64,000 nucleotides of DNA from Opitutia bacterium (GTDB lineage: Bacteria > Verrucomicrobiota > Verrucomicrobiia > Opitutales > T3Sed10-336), in contig JBJHCF010000003.1 of the NCBI GenBank assembly GCA_050506795.1, positions 32,001-96,000 of the forward strand, written 5' to 3'. Below are positions 51,101-59,886 of the stretch, in pieces. Numbering within the stretch: position 1 is the first letter of the stretch; each line of letters starts with the position of its first letter. The notes under the pieces were generated by a model, which was not told the DNA's origin, ran no database searches, and was given only the letters and a program-made list of their open reading frames with translations. A program made the translations under genes and the position numbers.

Positions 51101-52653
51101 TCCTGGCCCATGCCGCTTCGATCGAAGAGGCCCAGGCCAGCGCCGCTCCGACGGTGTTTCGCTTCTCCAACGTGAGCGGTTCCTCGTTCACGGTGGATCA
51201 CCAGGACGAAATCGACTGGAACCTCGGAGGGATTGCCGGTATCTCGATCGTCAATACGACCCCTGCGGCTCCGGTTCGTCCGTTGTTGACCTCGCGTCCT
51301 TCCGGCCGTTTCGTGCCGGCGGGTACCGATGTTCAGCTCTCGGTGACCGCCCGGGCGATGAACAATGGTTCCCTGTCCTATCAGTGGCAGAGAAACGGCG
51401 CCAACATCGGCGGGGCGACCGGGGCTTCCTTGACCCTGTCGAACGTGACCTCGGCGGATACCGGTAATTACACGGTGATCGTCACGGAAGGCTCGATCAA
51501 TAATAAGGCCACGGTTCCGGTCGTGGTGGTCGATGACAACCGGCGGGCCCTGCTGAGTGTGGATGTCAATGTGGGCACCCACCCCTGGATGCAGGGTCAC
51601 GGGCGTCTGCGGACCACCGGCCTGGTGCCCTTCGTTTATCCGGCGAATGAAACGGACAACCCGATGGAAATCGGACGGGGCGACACCATCTGGAATCGCT
51701 TCTGGGGCCGCAGCGGCACCTTCACCTATGGCGACTTCGTGGACTCGGAAGGCCGGCCGCTGCAGGGAGTGACCTTCACGGTGGCCGGCGCCAATGGCGC
51801 GGGTAACGTGGCCAGCGGAGGGGGACTGGAATCGTTGGCGGAAACGGCGCCCGAGTTCTACTCGGCTCCGTTGCTGCGAGATTACGTCTTCGCCAACGAC
51901 GCCAATACCATGACGCTGACCCTGGGTGGCTTGCAGGCCTTTGCCGGGCGTGATCTCGATCTGGTGGTTTATGCGCTCGGCCCATTGAGCAACTTCGATT
52001 TCGCCCACGATGCGGACGATATCGCAACCGTGACTCTGGCCGAGGTGAATAACCACTTGGTGCTCGCGCCGGTGGTTACGGAAACCGCGGACGAAGGTCG
52101 CGAACTGCGGTGGAACGATGAAGCCATCGCTTCCTTCCAGGCTCGGGTGGCCGCCAACGGCACTGTATCCTGGACCGTTGGTCAGGTGCCGGACAGGCCG
52201 GGAATCAACGCGATGAACGGCTTCCAGGTCCTCTTCTCCGACCAGGGTGAGCCGATCGACCCGCCGGAATCCGGAATCGCGGATTGGCGTCAGGAAAACT
52301 TCGGTTCGCCGGAAAACTCCGGTCCGGGGGCCAATGATGCCGAGTTCACCGGTGACGGATTCAAGAACCTGGTGAAATACGCACTGGGCGCGGATCCCAC
52401 GGTTGCCGGCTCGGCTCACGGCTTGATCGACGTTGGACAGCAAGGGGACTTCCTGACCCTGACCTTCAGCCACATCGATGATCCCAACCTGGTGTTCTTC
52501 ATCCTGGCCACCAATAATCTGAACGACGGCTTCCAGGTGGTGCACACCTTCCCGCCGTTCAACTCGGTCGGTGAAGCAACCTACACGGACACTGTGCCGA
52601 TCAGTTCGGGTGCCCAACGGTTTATTCGTCTGGGTGTCAGCATCAACGAGTAG
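48160..52653 (+). CDS. Large exported protein: two LamG-like domains, several Ig-like domains and a C-terminal module
   Basis: Signal peptide; duplicated YRFEEG...FTIE...WYHVA...IDEVRFS; repeated YQWQ Ig motifs; NLVKYALG.DP...RFIRLGV tail. Confidence 0.88.
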   Translation: MTPKLRSLKKGVLAGLVAAVFIPAVSLSANTVAHYRFEEGSAGAAATGAVDSSGNGYNLGVLVAGENSPVYSSDVPESPLPRTGQANTLSADVSTGNVAFQGVDGEGLSNVVFDDFTIELYVKFNAVGGWQTIIGRDDRNNQTNDNHAIFYLQRRDDSGNFGVSWVDRNGAVVAPGLQGVNVQPNTWYHVAVVADLAGETIALYIDGIEVDRNNNFAGLFTPTGVNPHWNIGRGQWAGNPGDWVNGLIDEVRFSSVALSPSDFLNFAGDRIEIVQEPSDVIAWAGQNVSFSVNALLIGDGELSYQWQVSSDDGNTFEPVAGGTAATLTLNSVSAALDRNLYRVEVSSSEISEFAGPALLRVGDATPPSQPAGVVAYYRFEEGANGAVATGAQDSSGNNHHMTSVNGSPTFTSDGAVSPLPQTRATNNLAMDFRGGNFAVQGTDGDSLSQVVFDDFTIEVFVNFAAVGGWQTMVGRDDRGRQWDNNQSLLYFSNSGGGTSQPDGTPSPANTFRIEVFTNQNQMIAANSGFVIQPNTWYHVAAIGDSQAGTLSLYVDGALVSQQTGFTGLFQPNPATRWSIGRGQWGGNDAVGAADTDYVNGRIDEVRFSNVALAPTELLGFHTAVINYAVQPQDVTAAVGDDVTFTALAGGGGTGPLTYQWQVLPNGASNWENVSGATDASLTLTSVQMADHLSQYRVVASRDGNSEPSNAALLSVPDYPPPNVVQGINPAPLLFAGDPLVYSVEVTGLGNITYQWQRDGVDIEGATSNSLDLGVLSIEDSGIYSVIITDDAAAGEGLDPTTVTLTSRLMVLTHSKGAISLNFVGAATDTTWNVDIGPLNPNHVAGVVPVANWNNSSTVHGVANQTTPFPLVNDVGDSTTATATWASGNTWASRVNAGGVLAAKDPNQRIFHGYIEGRGGSSVTVQNIPYATYDVYVYPMGVEGPVDGGFVRSVTLQGGNGDQQLFGRNLSGNPTLAEIPFVLAHAASIEEAQASAAPTVFRFSNVSGSSFTVDHQDEIDWNLGGIAGISIVNTTPAAPVRPLLTSRPSGRFVPAGTDVQLSVTARAMNNGSLSYQWQRNGANIGGATGASLTLSNVTSADTGNYTVIVTEGSINNKATVPVVVVDDNRRALLSVDVNVGTHPWMQGHGRLRTTGLVPFVYPANETDNPMEIGRGDTIWNRFWGRSGTFTYGDFVDSEGRPLQGVTFTVAGANGAGNVASGGGLESLAETAPEFYSAPLLRDYVFANDANTMTLTLGGLQAFAGRDLDLVVYALGPLSNFDFAHDADDIATVTLAEVNNHLVLAPVVTETADEGRELRWNDEAIASFQARVAANGTVSWTVGQVPDRPGINAMNGFQVLFSDQGEPIDPPESGIADWRQENFGSPENSGPGANDAEFTGDGFKNLVKYALGADPTVAGSAHGLIDVGQQGDFLTLTFSHIDDPNLVFFILATNNLNDGFQVVHTFPPFNSVGEATYTDTVPISSGAQRFIRLGVSINE

Positions 52654-52689
52654 CCTGAAATCGGGCTGCCGTTAGCCTGAAAAGTTAAC

Positions 52690-52726
52690 AGCCGCCGGCT
52701 CGGATCTCCGGGTCGGCGGCTTTTTT
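52690..52726 (+). terminator. Intrinsic terminator
   Basis: GCCGCCGGCTCGGA/TCCGGGTCGGCGGC stem followed by T6. Confidence 0.85.
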
Positions 52727-52808
52727 GTGCGCTGCCGGATGGGGGTGGGACAAGGCTTTCTTAATATGCGTTTGCCTTTTTCCTCAGGTCACTGAGTGTT
52801 GAAAGTGT

Positions 52809-53294
52809 ATGAGTGTTTCCTCTCCCGAGCCAATTGAGATTAACGGTGAGAAGCTGCGATTTGCCATCGTGGCTGCCCGCTACAACCAGGACCTGGTGGA
52901 TCACCTGCTGGAAAAGGTGGTTTCGGCGCTGTCCGCCGCGGGAGTTCCCGAAGCTGGAATCGAGGTTCTAAGGGTGCCGGGATCGAACGAAGTGCCCTAT
53001 GCCCTTCAACTGCAGGCGGAAACCGGCCGTTTTGATTGCTGTGTGGCGCTGGGAGTGTTGATCAAAGGGGCGACGGCGCACTACCACCTGGTAGGTCAAA
53101 GCGTCAGCGACGCTCTCCAGATGGTGTCATTGAACACCGGCATACCCGCGATTAATGGAGTCGTAGTGGCCGACAGCCGGGTGCAGGCGGAGGAGCGTAT
53201 CCGCGGGACTTTCGACCGGGGGGCTGAATTCGCTCAGGCCGCCCTGGAGATGGCCGAGCTCAAGAAGAGCCGGGAGGTCGAGGATCATGAGTAG
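52809..53294 (+). CDS. ribH: 6,7-dimethyl-8-ribityllumazine synthase
   Basis: IVAARYN, VPGSNEVP, ALGVLIKGATAHY; adjacent to nusB. Confidence 0.93.
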   Translation: MSVSSPEPIEINGEKLRFAIVAARYNQDLVDHLLEKVVSALSAAGVPEAGIEVLRVPGSNEVPYALQLQAETGRFDCCVALGVLIKGATAHYHLVGQSVSDALQMVSLNTGIPAINGVVVADSRVQAEERIRGTFDRGAEFAQAALEMAELKKSREVEDHE

Positions 53295-53730
53295 CCGCTC
53301 TCGCCGAAGGGAAAACCGTATCGCTGCGGTGCAGTACCTTTACTCCTGGGACATTAACCGGCCGGAGGATTTGCATGAGAGTGTGCGGGGTTTTTTCGCC
53401 AACAAGGAAGAGCCGCGCGACTATTACAGTTTCGGCGAGGAATTGCTCTACGGGGTTCTCGAGAACCGCGAAGACGTGGATTCCGAAATCCGGGGCCTGG
53501 CCAAAAACTGGGATTTCAATCGCATCGCAAAAATCGATCTGGCGATTCTTCGCCTGGCGATTTACGAGCTGCTTTTTCGGCGGGATATTCCCCCGGTCGT
53601 GTCGATCAACGAGGCGATTGAAATCGGAAAGCTCTTCTCCAACGAGGATGCCAAACGTTTTATCAACGGCATCCTGGACAAAATGAAGGATAAGCTGAAT
53701 CGTCCGCTGCGGGAGGCGGCGCTGGACTGA
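53287..53730 (+). CDS. nusB: Transcription antitermination factor
   Basis: Arg-rich N-terminus, NWDFNRIAKIDLAILRLA, INEAIEIGK, FINGILD. Confidence 0.96.
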   Translation: MSSRSRRRENRIAAVQYLYSWDINRPEDLHESVRGFFANKEEPRDYYSFGEELLYGVLENREDVDSEIRGLAKNWDFNRIAKIDLAILRLAIYELLFRRDIPPVVSINEAIEIGKLFSNEDAKRFINGILDKMKDKLNRPLREAALD

Positions 53731-53774
53731 TTCCAGGGTTGCCTGGCGGGGGTTGATTTCGGCAGAGGTTTTTC

Positions 53775-54716
53775 ATGTTTGGATTCTACAAAAAGTTCAA
53801 GGAAGGTCTGTCCAAGACCACTCGTCAGTTGTTCGGTTCGGTGGGCGGGCTGTTCGGTTCGCGTAAACTGGACGCCGATTCCATCGACTCCCTGGAGGAG
53901 GCCCTCTACGGCGCCGATTTCGGAGTGGAGACCACCGAGGAAATCGTCGAAGAGATCCAATCCGCTTTCCGCCGGGAAAAGGAACTCCGCACCCGCGACG
54001 CCTCGTCGATCGGCGCCACCGTTTTGCGCCGTGTCCTGCAGGGTTCGGAGGTGGATTTGGGTTTGGCGTCGGCCGTGCCTACGGTGGTCATTCTGTTAGG
54101 AGTCAACGGCAGCGGGAAAACCACCACCACCGCGAAGATCGGGCACAAACTGAAGGAGGACGGCAAGAGTGTGCTCATTGCCGCCTGCGATACCTTCCGC
54201 GCCGCCGCCAACGAACAGCTCAAGTCCTGGTGTGATCGGCTGGGGTTGGACCTGGTGACCAGTCAGCACGGGGCCGACGCCGCGGCAGTGGCCTTCGACG
54301 CCTGGCAGGCGGCCAAGAGCCGGGGCAAGGATTTTCTGCTCATCGACACCGCCGGAAGGCTCCACAACAAGGCCAACCTCATGGCCGAGTTGGCGAAGAT
54401 TCGACGGGTGTTGCAGCGACACGACCCGGAGGCGCCGCACCATTCCATTCTGGTCGCCGACGGCAGCCTGGGTTCCAATTCCATCGAGCAGGCGAGGGTG
54501 TTCCACAAGGAGTTTGGTCTGACCGGTCTGGTGGTGACCAAACTGGACGGCACCAGCCGCGGCGGTGCTTTGGTCGGGATTTTCCGTGAACTTCGCCTCC
54601 CCGTTTATTTTCTGGGTCTCGGTGAACGGGAGGAGGATCTCCAGCCGTTCACCGTGAATAATTACGTCGACGCCATTTTTCCAGTCGAAACCGCCGAAGT
54701 GGAAGGCCGGGAGTAG
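53775..54716 (+). CDS. ftsY: Signal recognition particle receptor
   Basis: GVNGSGKTTT, DTFRAAA, DTAGRL, TKLDGTSRGG. Confidence 0.96.
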   Translation: MFGFYKKFKEGLSKTTRQLFGSVGGLFGSRKLDADSIDSLEEALYGADFGVETTEEIVEEIQSAFRREKELRTRDASSIGATVLRRVLQGSEVDLGLASAVPTVVILLGVNGSGKTTTTAKIGHKLKEDGKSVLIAACDTFRAAANEQLKSWCDRLGLDLVTSQHGADAAAVAFDAWQAAKSRGKDFLLIDTAGRLHNKANLMAELAKIRRVLQRHDPEAPHHSILVADGSLGSNSIEQARVFHKEFGLTGLVVTKLDGTSRGGALVGIFRELRLPVYFLGLGEREEDLQPFTVNNYVDAIFPVETAEVEGRE

Positions 54717-54782
54717 GCCGAATGGCGCCCGGTTAAGGCGGTGGATCGAAGGAGCTTGGCTCAATCGGATCGGCCGTTCCCG

Positions 54783-54866
54783 TGGAGGGCCATGCTCCCG
54801 CATGGCCGTCGTTTTGGGAGCGCGGGCATCCTGCCCGCACCGGCTGGGCGGGAGCGCCGCCCTCCA
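54783..54866. repeat. Nested REP/REPIN-like element
   Basis: Outer arms 54783-54801 and 54848-54866 (TGGAGGGC...GCTCCCGC, 16/19 complementary) enclose GGGAGCGCGGGCATCCTGCCCGC (54816-54838). Confidence 0.7.
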
Positions 54867-54941
54867 GGAAACAGAAGCGCGATTTCGATTCGGTTTATCA
54901 ATCGAAAAACGGTCTTTTATGAGTGCCATTCGGAATAGGTC

Positions 54942-55451
54942 TCAATCCATGAACGCCCAGAGGATCCGCCGGCTTTTCTGATCGAGGCCTTCCGGGTCCG
55001 CGACTCGGTAGAGGTCGCCGGCGATGTCGCGGATCAGCAGGCTTCCATCGGGCAGAGGGCGCGGCCAGTCGTCGAGTTTGGTTTGAAACCGGCGCTTGCC
55101 TTCCCGAGTGGTCACCTTCCATACCCGCAACTCGAAATCGGGATCGGCTGATTCGATTTCGGTTATGGTAAAAACAAAACGGGTGTCGTCCGCCAGGGCT
55201 TGCAGGGCCGCGCGGGAGGCGCCGTCCAACTCTGCCGGGTCTTCGATCAGGACGAGCTCGTTTTTTTTCTCGTCCCGCAACGACAGGTAGCGCCCGGGCG
55301 CGCTCCAGGGGAAACAGAGGTGCAGGTTGACCCGAATTTCCTTTTCGTCGCCGCGTCGGAACCAGACGGTGCCATCGTCGTCCCGGCGGAGCCGGAACGC
55401 GCTTTCACCGGTGGGTTCGTTCACTTGTGTTGATTCGTTTGTGTCGTTCAT
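54942..55451 (-). CDS. DUF1854 family protein
   Basis: CFPWSAPGRYLSL...E...IEDP, W.V.T..G...F, LLIRD..GD.Y...D...LD..SR..L; overlaps the ABC gene stop. Confidence 0.85.
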   Translation of the reverse strand: MNDTNESTQVNEPTGESAFRLRRDDDGTVWFRRGDEKEIRVNLHLCFPWSAPGRYLSLRDEKKNELVLIEDPAELDGASRAALQALADDTRFVFTITEIESADPDFELRVWKVTTREGKRRFQTKLDDWPRPLPDGSLLIRDIAGDLYRVADPEGLDQKSRRILWAFMD

Positions 55452-57730
55452 ACCGCGTACATTTCGTGCAGTTCGCGCTGCATGTCGTGCAGTTTCCGAT
55501 ACACGCCGTCGGGGTTGGCCAGCAGCGCTTCGTGGGTTCCCTGCTCGACGAGTTGTCCGTCCTTGATGACAAAAAGGCGGGAGGCCCGGGTCAGGGTGGA
55601 GAGGCGGTGGGCGATGGCGAACACCGTCCGTCCAGCCACCAAACGGTCCAGGGCTTCCTGGATTTTGCGTTCGGTCTCGGTGTCGACGCTGCTGGTGGCT
55701 TCGTCGAGAATGAGGATTCTCGGGTTGTGCAGAATGGCCCGGGCGATGGAGATCCGCTGGCGCTCGCCGCCGGAAAGGGTGTGACCGCGTTCGCCGACGA
55801 TGGTGTCGTACCCGTGCGCCAGTTTGCAGATGAAGTCGTGGGCGTTGGCCGCCCGCGCCGCCGCCACCACCTGATCGATGGAGGCGCCGTGCAAGCCGTA
55901 GCGGATGTTGTCCAGGATGCTCCCGTGAAACAGATAAGGGTCCTGCAGGACCATGCCGATGCGTTCGCGGTAGCGGCCGGAATCGACCTCGCGGAGATCG
56001 TGCCCGTCGATGGTGATGCGTCCGCCGGTGGGATCGTAGAAGCGGGCCACCAGGTTGATGATGGTGGTTTTGCCGGAGCCGGAAGGCCCCACCAGACCGA
56101 TCATCTCGCCGGGACGGACGTCGAACGAAATCCCCTTGAGCACCGGGCGCACCGGGTCATAGGCGAAGGACACGTTTTCAAAAGTCACCTCGCCGCGAAT
56201 CTCTTCCAGAGGGACCGGTTCCGGCTGGTCGGTCAGGTCCGGCTCGGTGTCGAGGACTTCAAAAATCCGGTGGGCCGAGCTGACCGAACGGTTGATCATG
56301 CGCGACATCTGGCCGAACACTTCGATCGGCTGAAAGAACATGCCCAGGTAGAGCAGGAACGACACGAAGGTTCCGGCGGTGAGGGTCGGTTCGTCGCCGA
56401 GGATGCGGGGCAGGGCAAAAAACCACACCGCCACCGTCATGGCGTGGACCAGCAGCAGCAGGAAAGGCCAGAACGCCGTCCAATGGTGGTGGATACGGAA
56501 AAACTCGTCGGTGACCGTGCGGTTGCGCTCTCCGAAACGCCCTTTTTCGTAGGTGCTCTGATTGAACGCCTTGACCACCCGGATGCCTGGAATGGTATCG
56601 GAAAGGACATCGGTCAGGTTGGACCACTTCCGCCAGGCTCGCAAAAACATGCGCTGCATGCCGCGTCCGTTGCGGTAGATGAGGTAGAGCATCAAAGGCA
56701 CCGGCAACGCCATGAGCAGCCCGAGTTGCCAGTCGAGGAAGATGAGCACTCCGCCCAGTCCGATCAGCATGAGGAGCGACAGGGAAACCTCCACCACGCC
56801 GAAAGCGATGAAGTCCCAGATCCGGTCGGTGTCGGAGCTCACCCGGCTGATGATGCTCCCGGTCTGTTTGGAGGAGAAATAACTGACGCTCAGCTTGTGC
56901 AGGTGTTCGTAGAGGTCGTTGCGCAGGTCGCGGGCCACGTGTTCCCCCAAAACCGCCATTTTGCGCAAGCGTATCCAGGTCATGGTTTCGCGGGTGATAA
57001 AGACCGCGGCCAGGCCGGCGATGGTGACCAGCGCCATGCGGGCGGCATCCGACTGCGAGAGCGAGCCGTCCTGGAACGGACGGATTACGTTGTCGATGAT
57101 GTAACCCGTCAGGTAGGGCGGCACCAGCCCGACCAGGGTCATCGCGGAGGCGGCCAGCATGCCGATGACCACCTGTTTGCGGTACGGTCTCAGGTAGCCG
57201 AGCAGGCGCCAGACGATGGCGGCGCGATTGGAGGCCACGCTGGCCTGGGCTTCGCGGATCGGCTGGGCGATGCCTTCGGCGTACACGGCGTCGGCGGCCT
57301 CATGCTCGGGGGTTTTCCCCTCGACTCGTTGTCGCAGCACATAGAGCAGGGCGCCCATGGCCCGCCGCTGGCGCTGGGAGTAGCGAAACTCGGCCAATGC
57401 GGGTTCGTCGGGCGCAGTGATCAAGGTGACCTTGGTGCAGGTCAATCCGGGCGATTCCTTGACCTCCCGGATTCGGGAGATGTCGATCAACCGGAGGTCG
57501 ATCGTTTCTCCGGACCCGTTTTCCCGGCGCAGGGCCAGTTGGTCCGGACCGAGGGCGACCCAGTCGGTGCGCAGGCGCAGCGCCGGGTCCAGGTCCGCGA
57601 GAGCGTAAAGCTGGACCGGGCCGTTTCCCCAGGCCGATTCGATTTCGCGGCGGATTTCCGGCGGCAGCGTGTCCGGTTGGCCGGTGTAGCGATTGATGAT
57701 CTGGCGGTTGCGTTCGGTTCGTGCGGTCAC
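55448..57730 (-). CDS. ABC exporter (fused TMD+NBD) with a long soluble N-terminal extension
   Basis: GPSGSGKTT, LSGGERQR, ILDEATSSVD, AHRLST. GTG 57730 is a guess (the ORF extends to 57820). Confidence 0.92.
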   Translation of the reverse strand: MTARTERNRQIINRYTGQPDTLPPEIRREIESAWGNGPVQLYALADLDPALRLRTDWVALGPDQLALRRENGSGETIDLRLIDISRIREVKESPGLTCTKVTLITAPDEPALAEFRYSQRQRRAMGALLYVLRQRVEGKTPEHEAADAVYAEGIAQPIREAQASVASNRAAIVWRLLGYLRPYRKQVVIGMLAASAMTLVGLVPPYLTGYIIDNVIRPFQDGSLSQSDAARMALVTIAGLAAVFITRETMTWIRLRKMAVLGEHVARDLRNDLYEHLHKLSVSYFSSKQTGSIISRVSSDTDRIWDFIAFGVVEVSLSLLMLIGLGGVLIFLDWQLGLLMALPVPLMLYLIYRNGRGMQRMFLRAWRKWSNLTDVLSDTIPGIRVVKAFNQSTYEKGRFGERNRTVTDEFFRIHHHWTAFWPFLLLLVHAMTVAVWFFALPRILGDEPTLTAGTFVSFLLYLGMFFQPIEVFGQMSRMINRSVSSAHRIFEVLDTEPDLTDQPEPVPLEEIRGEVTFENVSFAYDPVRPVLKGISFDVRPGEMIGLVGPSGSGKTTIINLVARFYDPTGGRITIDGHDLREVDSGRYRERIGMVLQDPYLFHGSILDNIRYGLHGASIDQVVAAARAANAHDFICKLAHGYDTIVGERGHTLSGGERQRISIARAILHNPRILILDEATSSVDTETERKIQEALDRLVAGRTVFAIAHRLSTLTRASRLFVIKDGQLVEQGTHEALLANPDGVYRKLHDMQRELHEMYAV

Positions 57731-58148
57731 GGGATTTTTGGAGAAAAGTGAGACGGGAAAAGGGGAAAAATACGGAAACGGCCAAAGCCTCCAAAGGGAG
57801 ATGCCTGCCGCCGGACGCAAGAAAGGGCGCGGCGGTCGTCTGACGTCGCCGGCCTCGGATGGGTGTGGGTGGGAGAGGGGTTAGGGAGTCAGAATCGTCG
57901 TTCTGAAAAAAAGGATACCCACGCCATCGGAAGCCGTTTCGCAAGGCGAATGAAATTGTGCGAATGATTGTTGATCATGTTACGGCCTCCTGATTCTTCG
58001 GGGGTAGGCGTAAGATGGCAGCACAACTCCGTCCCGTTGGCAAGAGGGAATTTTAATCGCTTTGCGGAAGTTATATGGGAGCAATCCGAAGTTGATGGGA
58101 GACGGCAGATTGAAGGGGTCTCCTGCTTGGGGAAAGGCGGGGTTTTAA

Positions 58149-58179
58149 GGGTCCCCTTTGTGCAATACTCCGGGGACCC
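58149..58179 (-). terminator. Hairpin downstream of the oxidoreductase
   Basis: 8-bp stem GGGTCCCC/GGGGACCC. Confidence 0.45.
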
Positions 58180-58205
58180 GTGCTGAAAAAATCAACACCT
58201 TTGAG

Positions 58206-59366
58206 TTATTTCACAGGCGTCCACTTTTGATCGCTTTTAGCGGATGCAATGACCGTTTCGATGAATTGCATGCCCCGAAGCCCGTCTTTTGCCGTCGGGA
58301 AATCGAGCACTTCGGATGACGGTTTCTCACCCTGCATTCGACTGCCCAGCGTGTGTGCGAAGTTCCGGTATATGTTGGCAAACGCCTCGATATAGCCTTC
58401 CGGATGGCCGCCCGGCACCCGCGTGTTGTGCATGGCGGCGTCACATAGATAGCCGCCGTGATCGACGCCGGTCCGGTAGACTTCCGCGGGACGATCCAGG
58501 TGCTTTACCAGAAGGGTGTTGGGATCGTGCTGATGCCACTCGATGCCTCCCTTTTCTCCGTAGATGAAGATCCTGAGAGCGTTTTCTTCGCCCGCGCTTA
58601 TCTGGGAGGCATGCATTACACCGCGGGCGCCGTTTTCAAAACGTAGCAGGACGTTGACATCGTCGTCCAGCGCCCGGCCTGCGACATGAGTTGTCAGATC
58701 GGCGCAGATTTCGGAAATGCGCAATCCTGTTATGTATTCGGCGAGGTTTTCGGCATGAGAACCGATATCGCCCATTGCCCCCGCCGGTCCGGCTTTCTTG
58801 GGATCCGTGCGCCAGGTTGCCTGCTGGACGGTCCCTTCAAGTTTAGTCGAGAGCCATCCCTGCGGATATTCGACAACCACCTTGCGGATCTTACCCAGAT
58901 CTCCGTTGCGGACCATATGGCGAGCCTGCTTGACCATGGGATATCCGGTATAAGTATGCGTTACGGCAAACTCAAGGCCGGTCTTTTCGGCCAAAGCAAC
59001 CAGTTCGGCGGCCTCTTCACTGGTGACTGTCATCGGTTTTTCACTGACGACGTGAAAGCCGTTTTCAAGGGCGGCCTTGGCGACTGGAAAATGAACATGG
59101 TTTGGTGTGACGATTGACACGAAATCCATACGTTCGCCTTCGGGCAGCTTCTTCTCCGCCGCGAACAGCTCCTGGTAGGTTCCGTAAACCCGGTCGTCCG
59201 GCAGGAAAAACAGTTTTCCGGCTTCTTTGGATTTCTCCGGATCAATGTCGAACGCCCCGCAGACCAGTTCAATCTGGCCGTCCATGGCAGCTGCCTTGCG
59301 ATGTACTTCTCCGATGAAAGCTCCAATGCCTCCACCGACCATTCCCATTTTGATTTTTCGTTTCAT
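58206..59366 (-). CDS. Cytoplasmic Gfo/Idh/MocA family oxidoreductase
   Basis: GMVGGG.GAFIG.VH, EKPM, EYPQGWL, GDIGSHA, GHPEGYIEAFANIY. Confidence 0.92.
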   Translation of the reverse strand: MKRKIKMGMVGGGIGAFIGEVHRKAAAMDGQIELVCGAFDIDPEKSKEAGKLFFLPDDRVYGTYQELFAAEKKLPEGERMDFVSIVTPNHVHFPVAKAALENGFHVVSEKPMTVTSEEAAELVALAEKTGLEFAVTHTYTGYPMVKQARHMVRNGDLGKIRKVVVEYPQGWLSTKLEGTVQQATWRTDPKKAGPAGAMGDIGSHAENLAEYITGLRISEICADLTTHVAGRALDDDVNVLLRFENGARGVMHASQISAGEENALRIFIYGEKGGIEWHQHDPNTLLVKHLDRPAEVYRTGVDHGGYLCDAAMHNTRVPGGHPEGYIEAFANIYRNFAHTLGSRMQGEKPSSEVLDFPTAKDGLRGMQFIETVIASAKSDQKWTPVK

Positions 59367-59886
59367 GATTTCAATATTTCTATCGGTTAATGTTATTCTA
59401 ATGAATGCAAATCTATTCGATGTGCAGGTTGAAATGATTCTCTTCTTCCGGTGAATGCGGCATTCTTTGGGTTAGGCCCGTCAACGCCAATAGACCGGAT
59501 GTAAAGGCCTTTCTGTCATTCCCCGAGTTGAATAGGGGTTGTCGGATTCCGGGCCTTCGCGTTTGATTCTGGCAACACCGTGAAAACATTCGGTTATGCT
59601 CGTAATCACGAGAATTAATTGTTATGTTGATTGAGTATTTTCGATGCGGCGCGAATACATCATGGTATTCCAGTGCCTGTCAATCCTTCAACGCCGCGAA
59701 GACGTTTACGACCGGGGTTTGCGGCTTATCTGGTAAGAAACCTCAGTGTGTGGGGGAAGTCCGGAAGTCGCGGGTTTGTGTTCGTTTTTTCGTGACGTTT
59801 TCCACTGGATTGGCAAGATGGGCGAAATTCGATCGCCTCATGCCGAGGCGCCTTTCTTTCACCGAATACCTGAAACCCGAAGAATC

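Noticed and set aside
52727..52808. FMN riboswitch upstream of ribH
   Set aside because: Only ~80 nt are available after the terminator, and no RFN consensus is visible.
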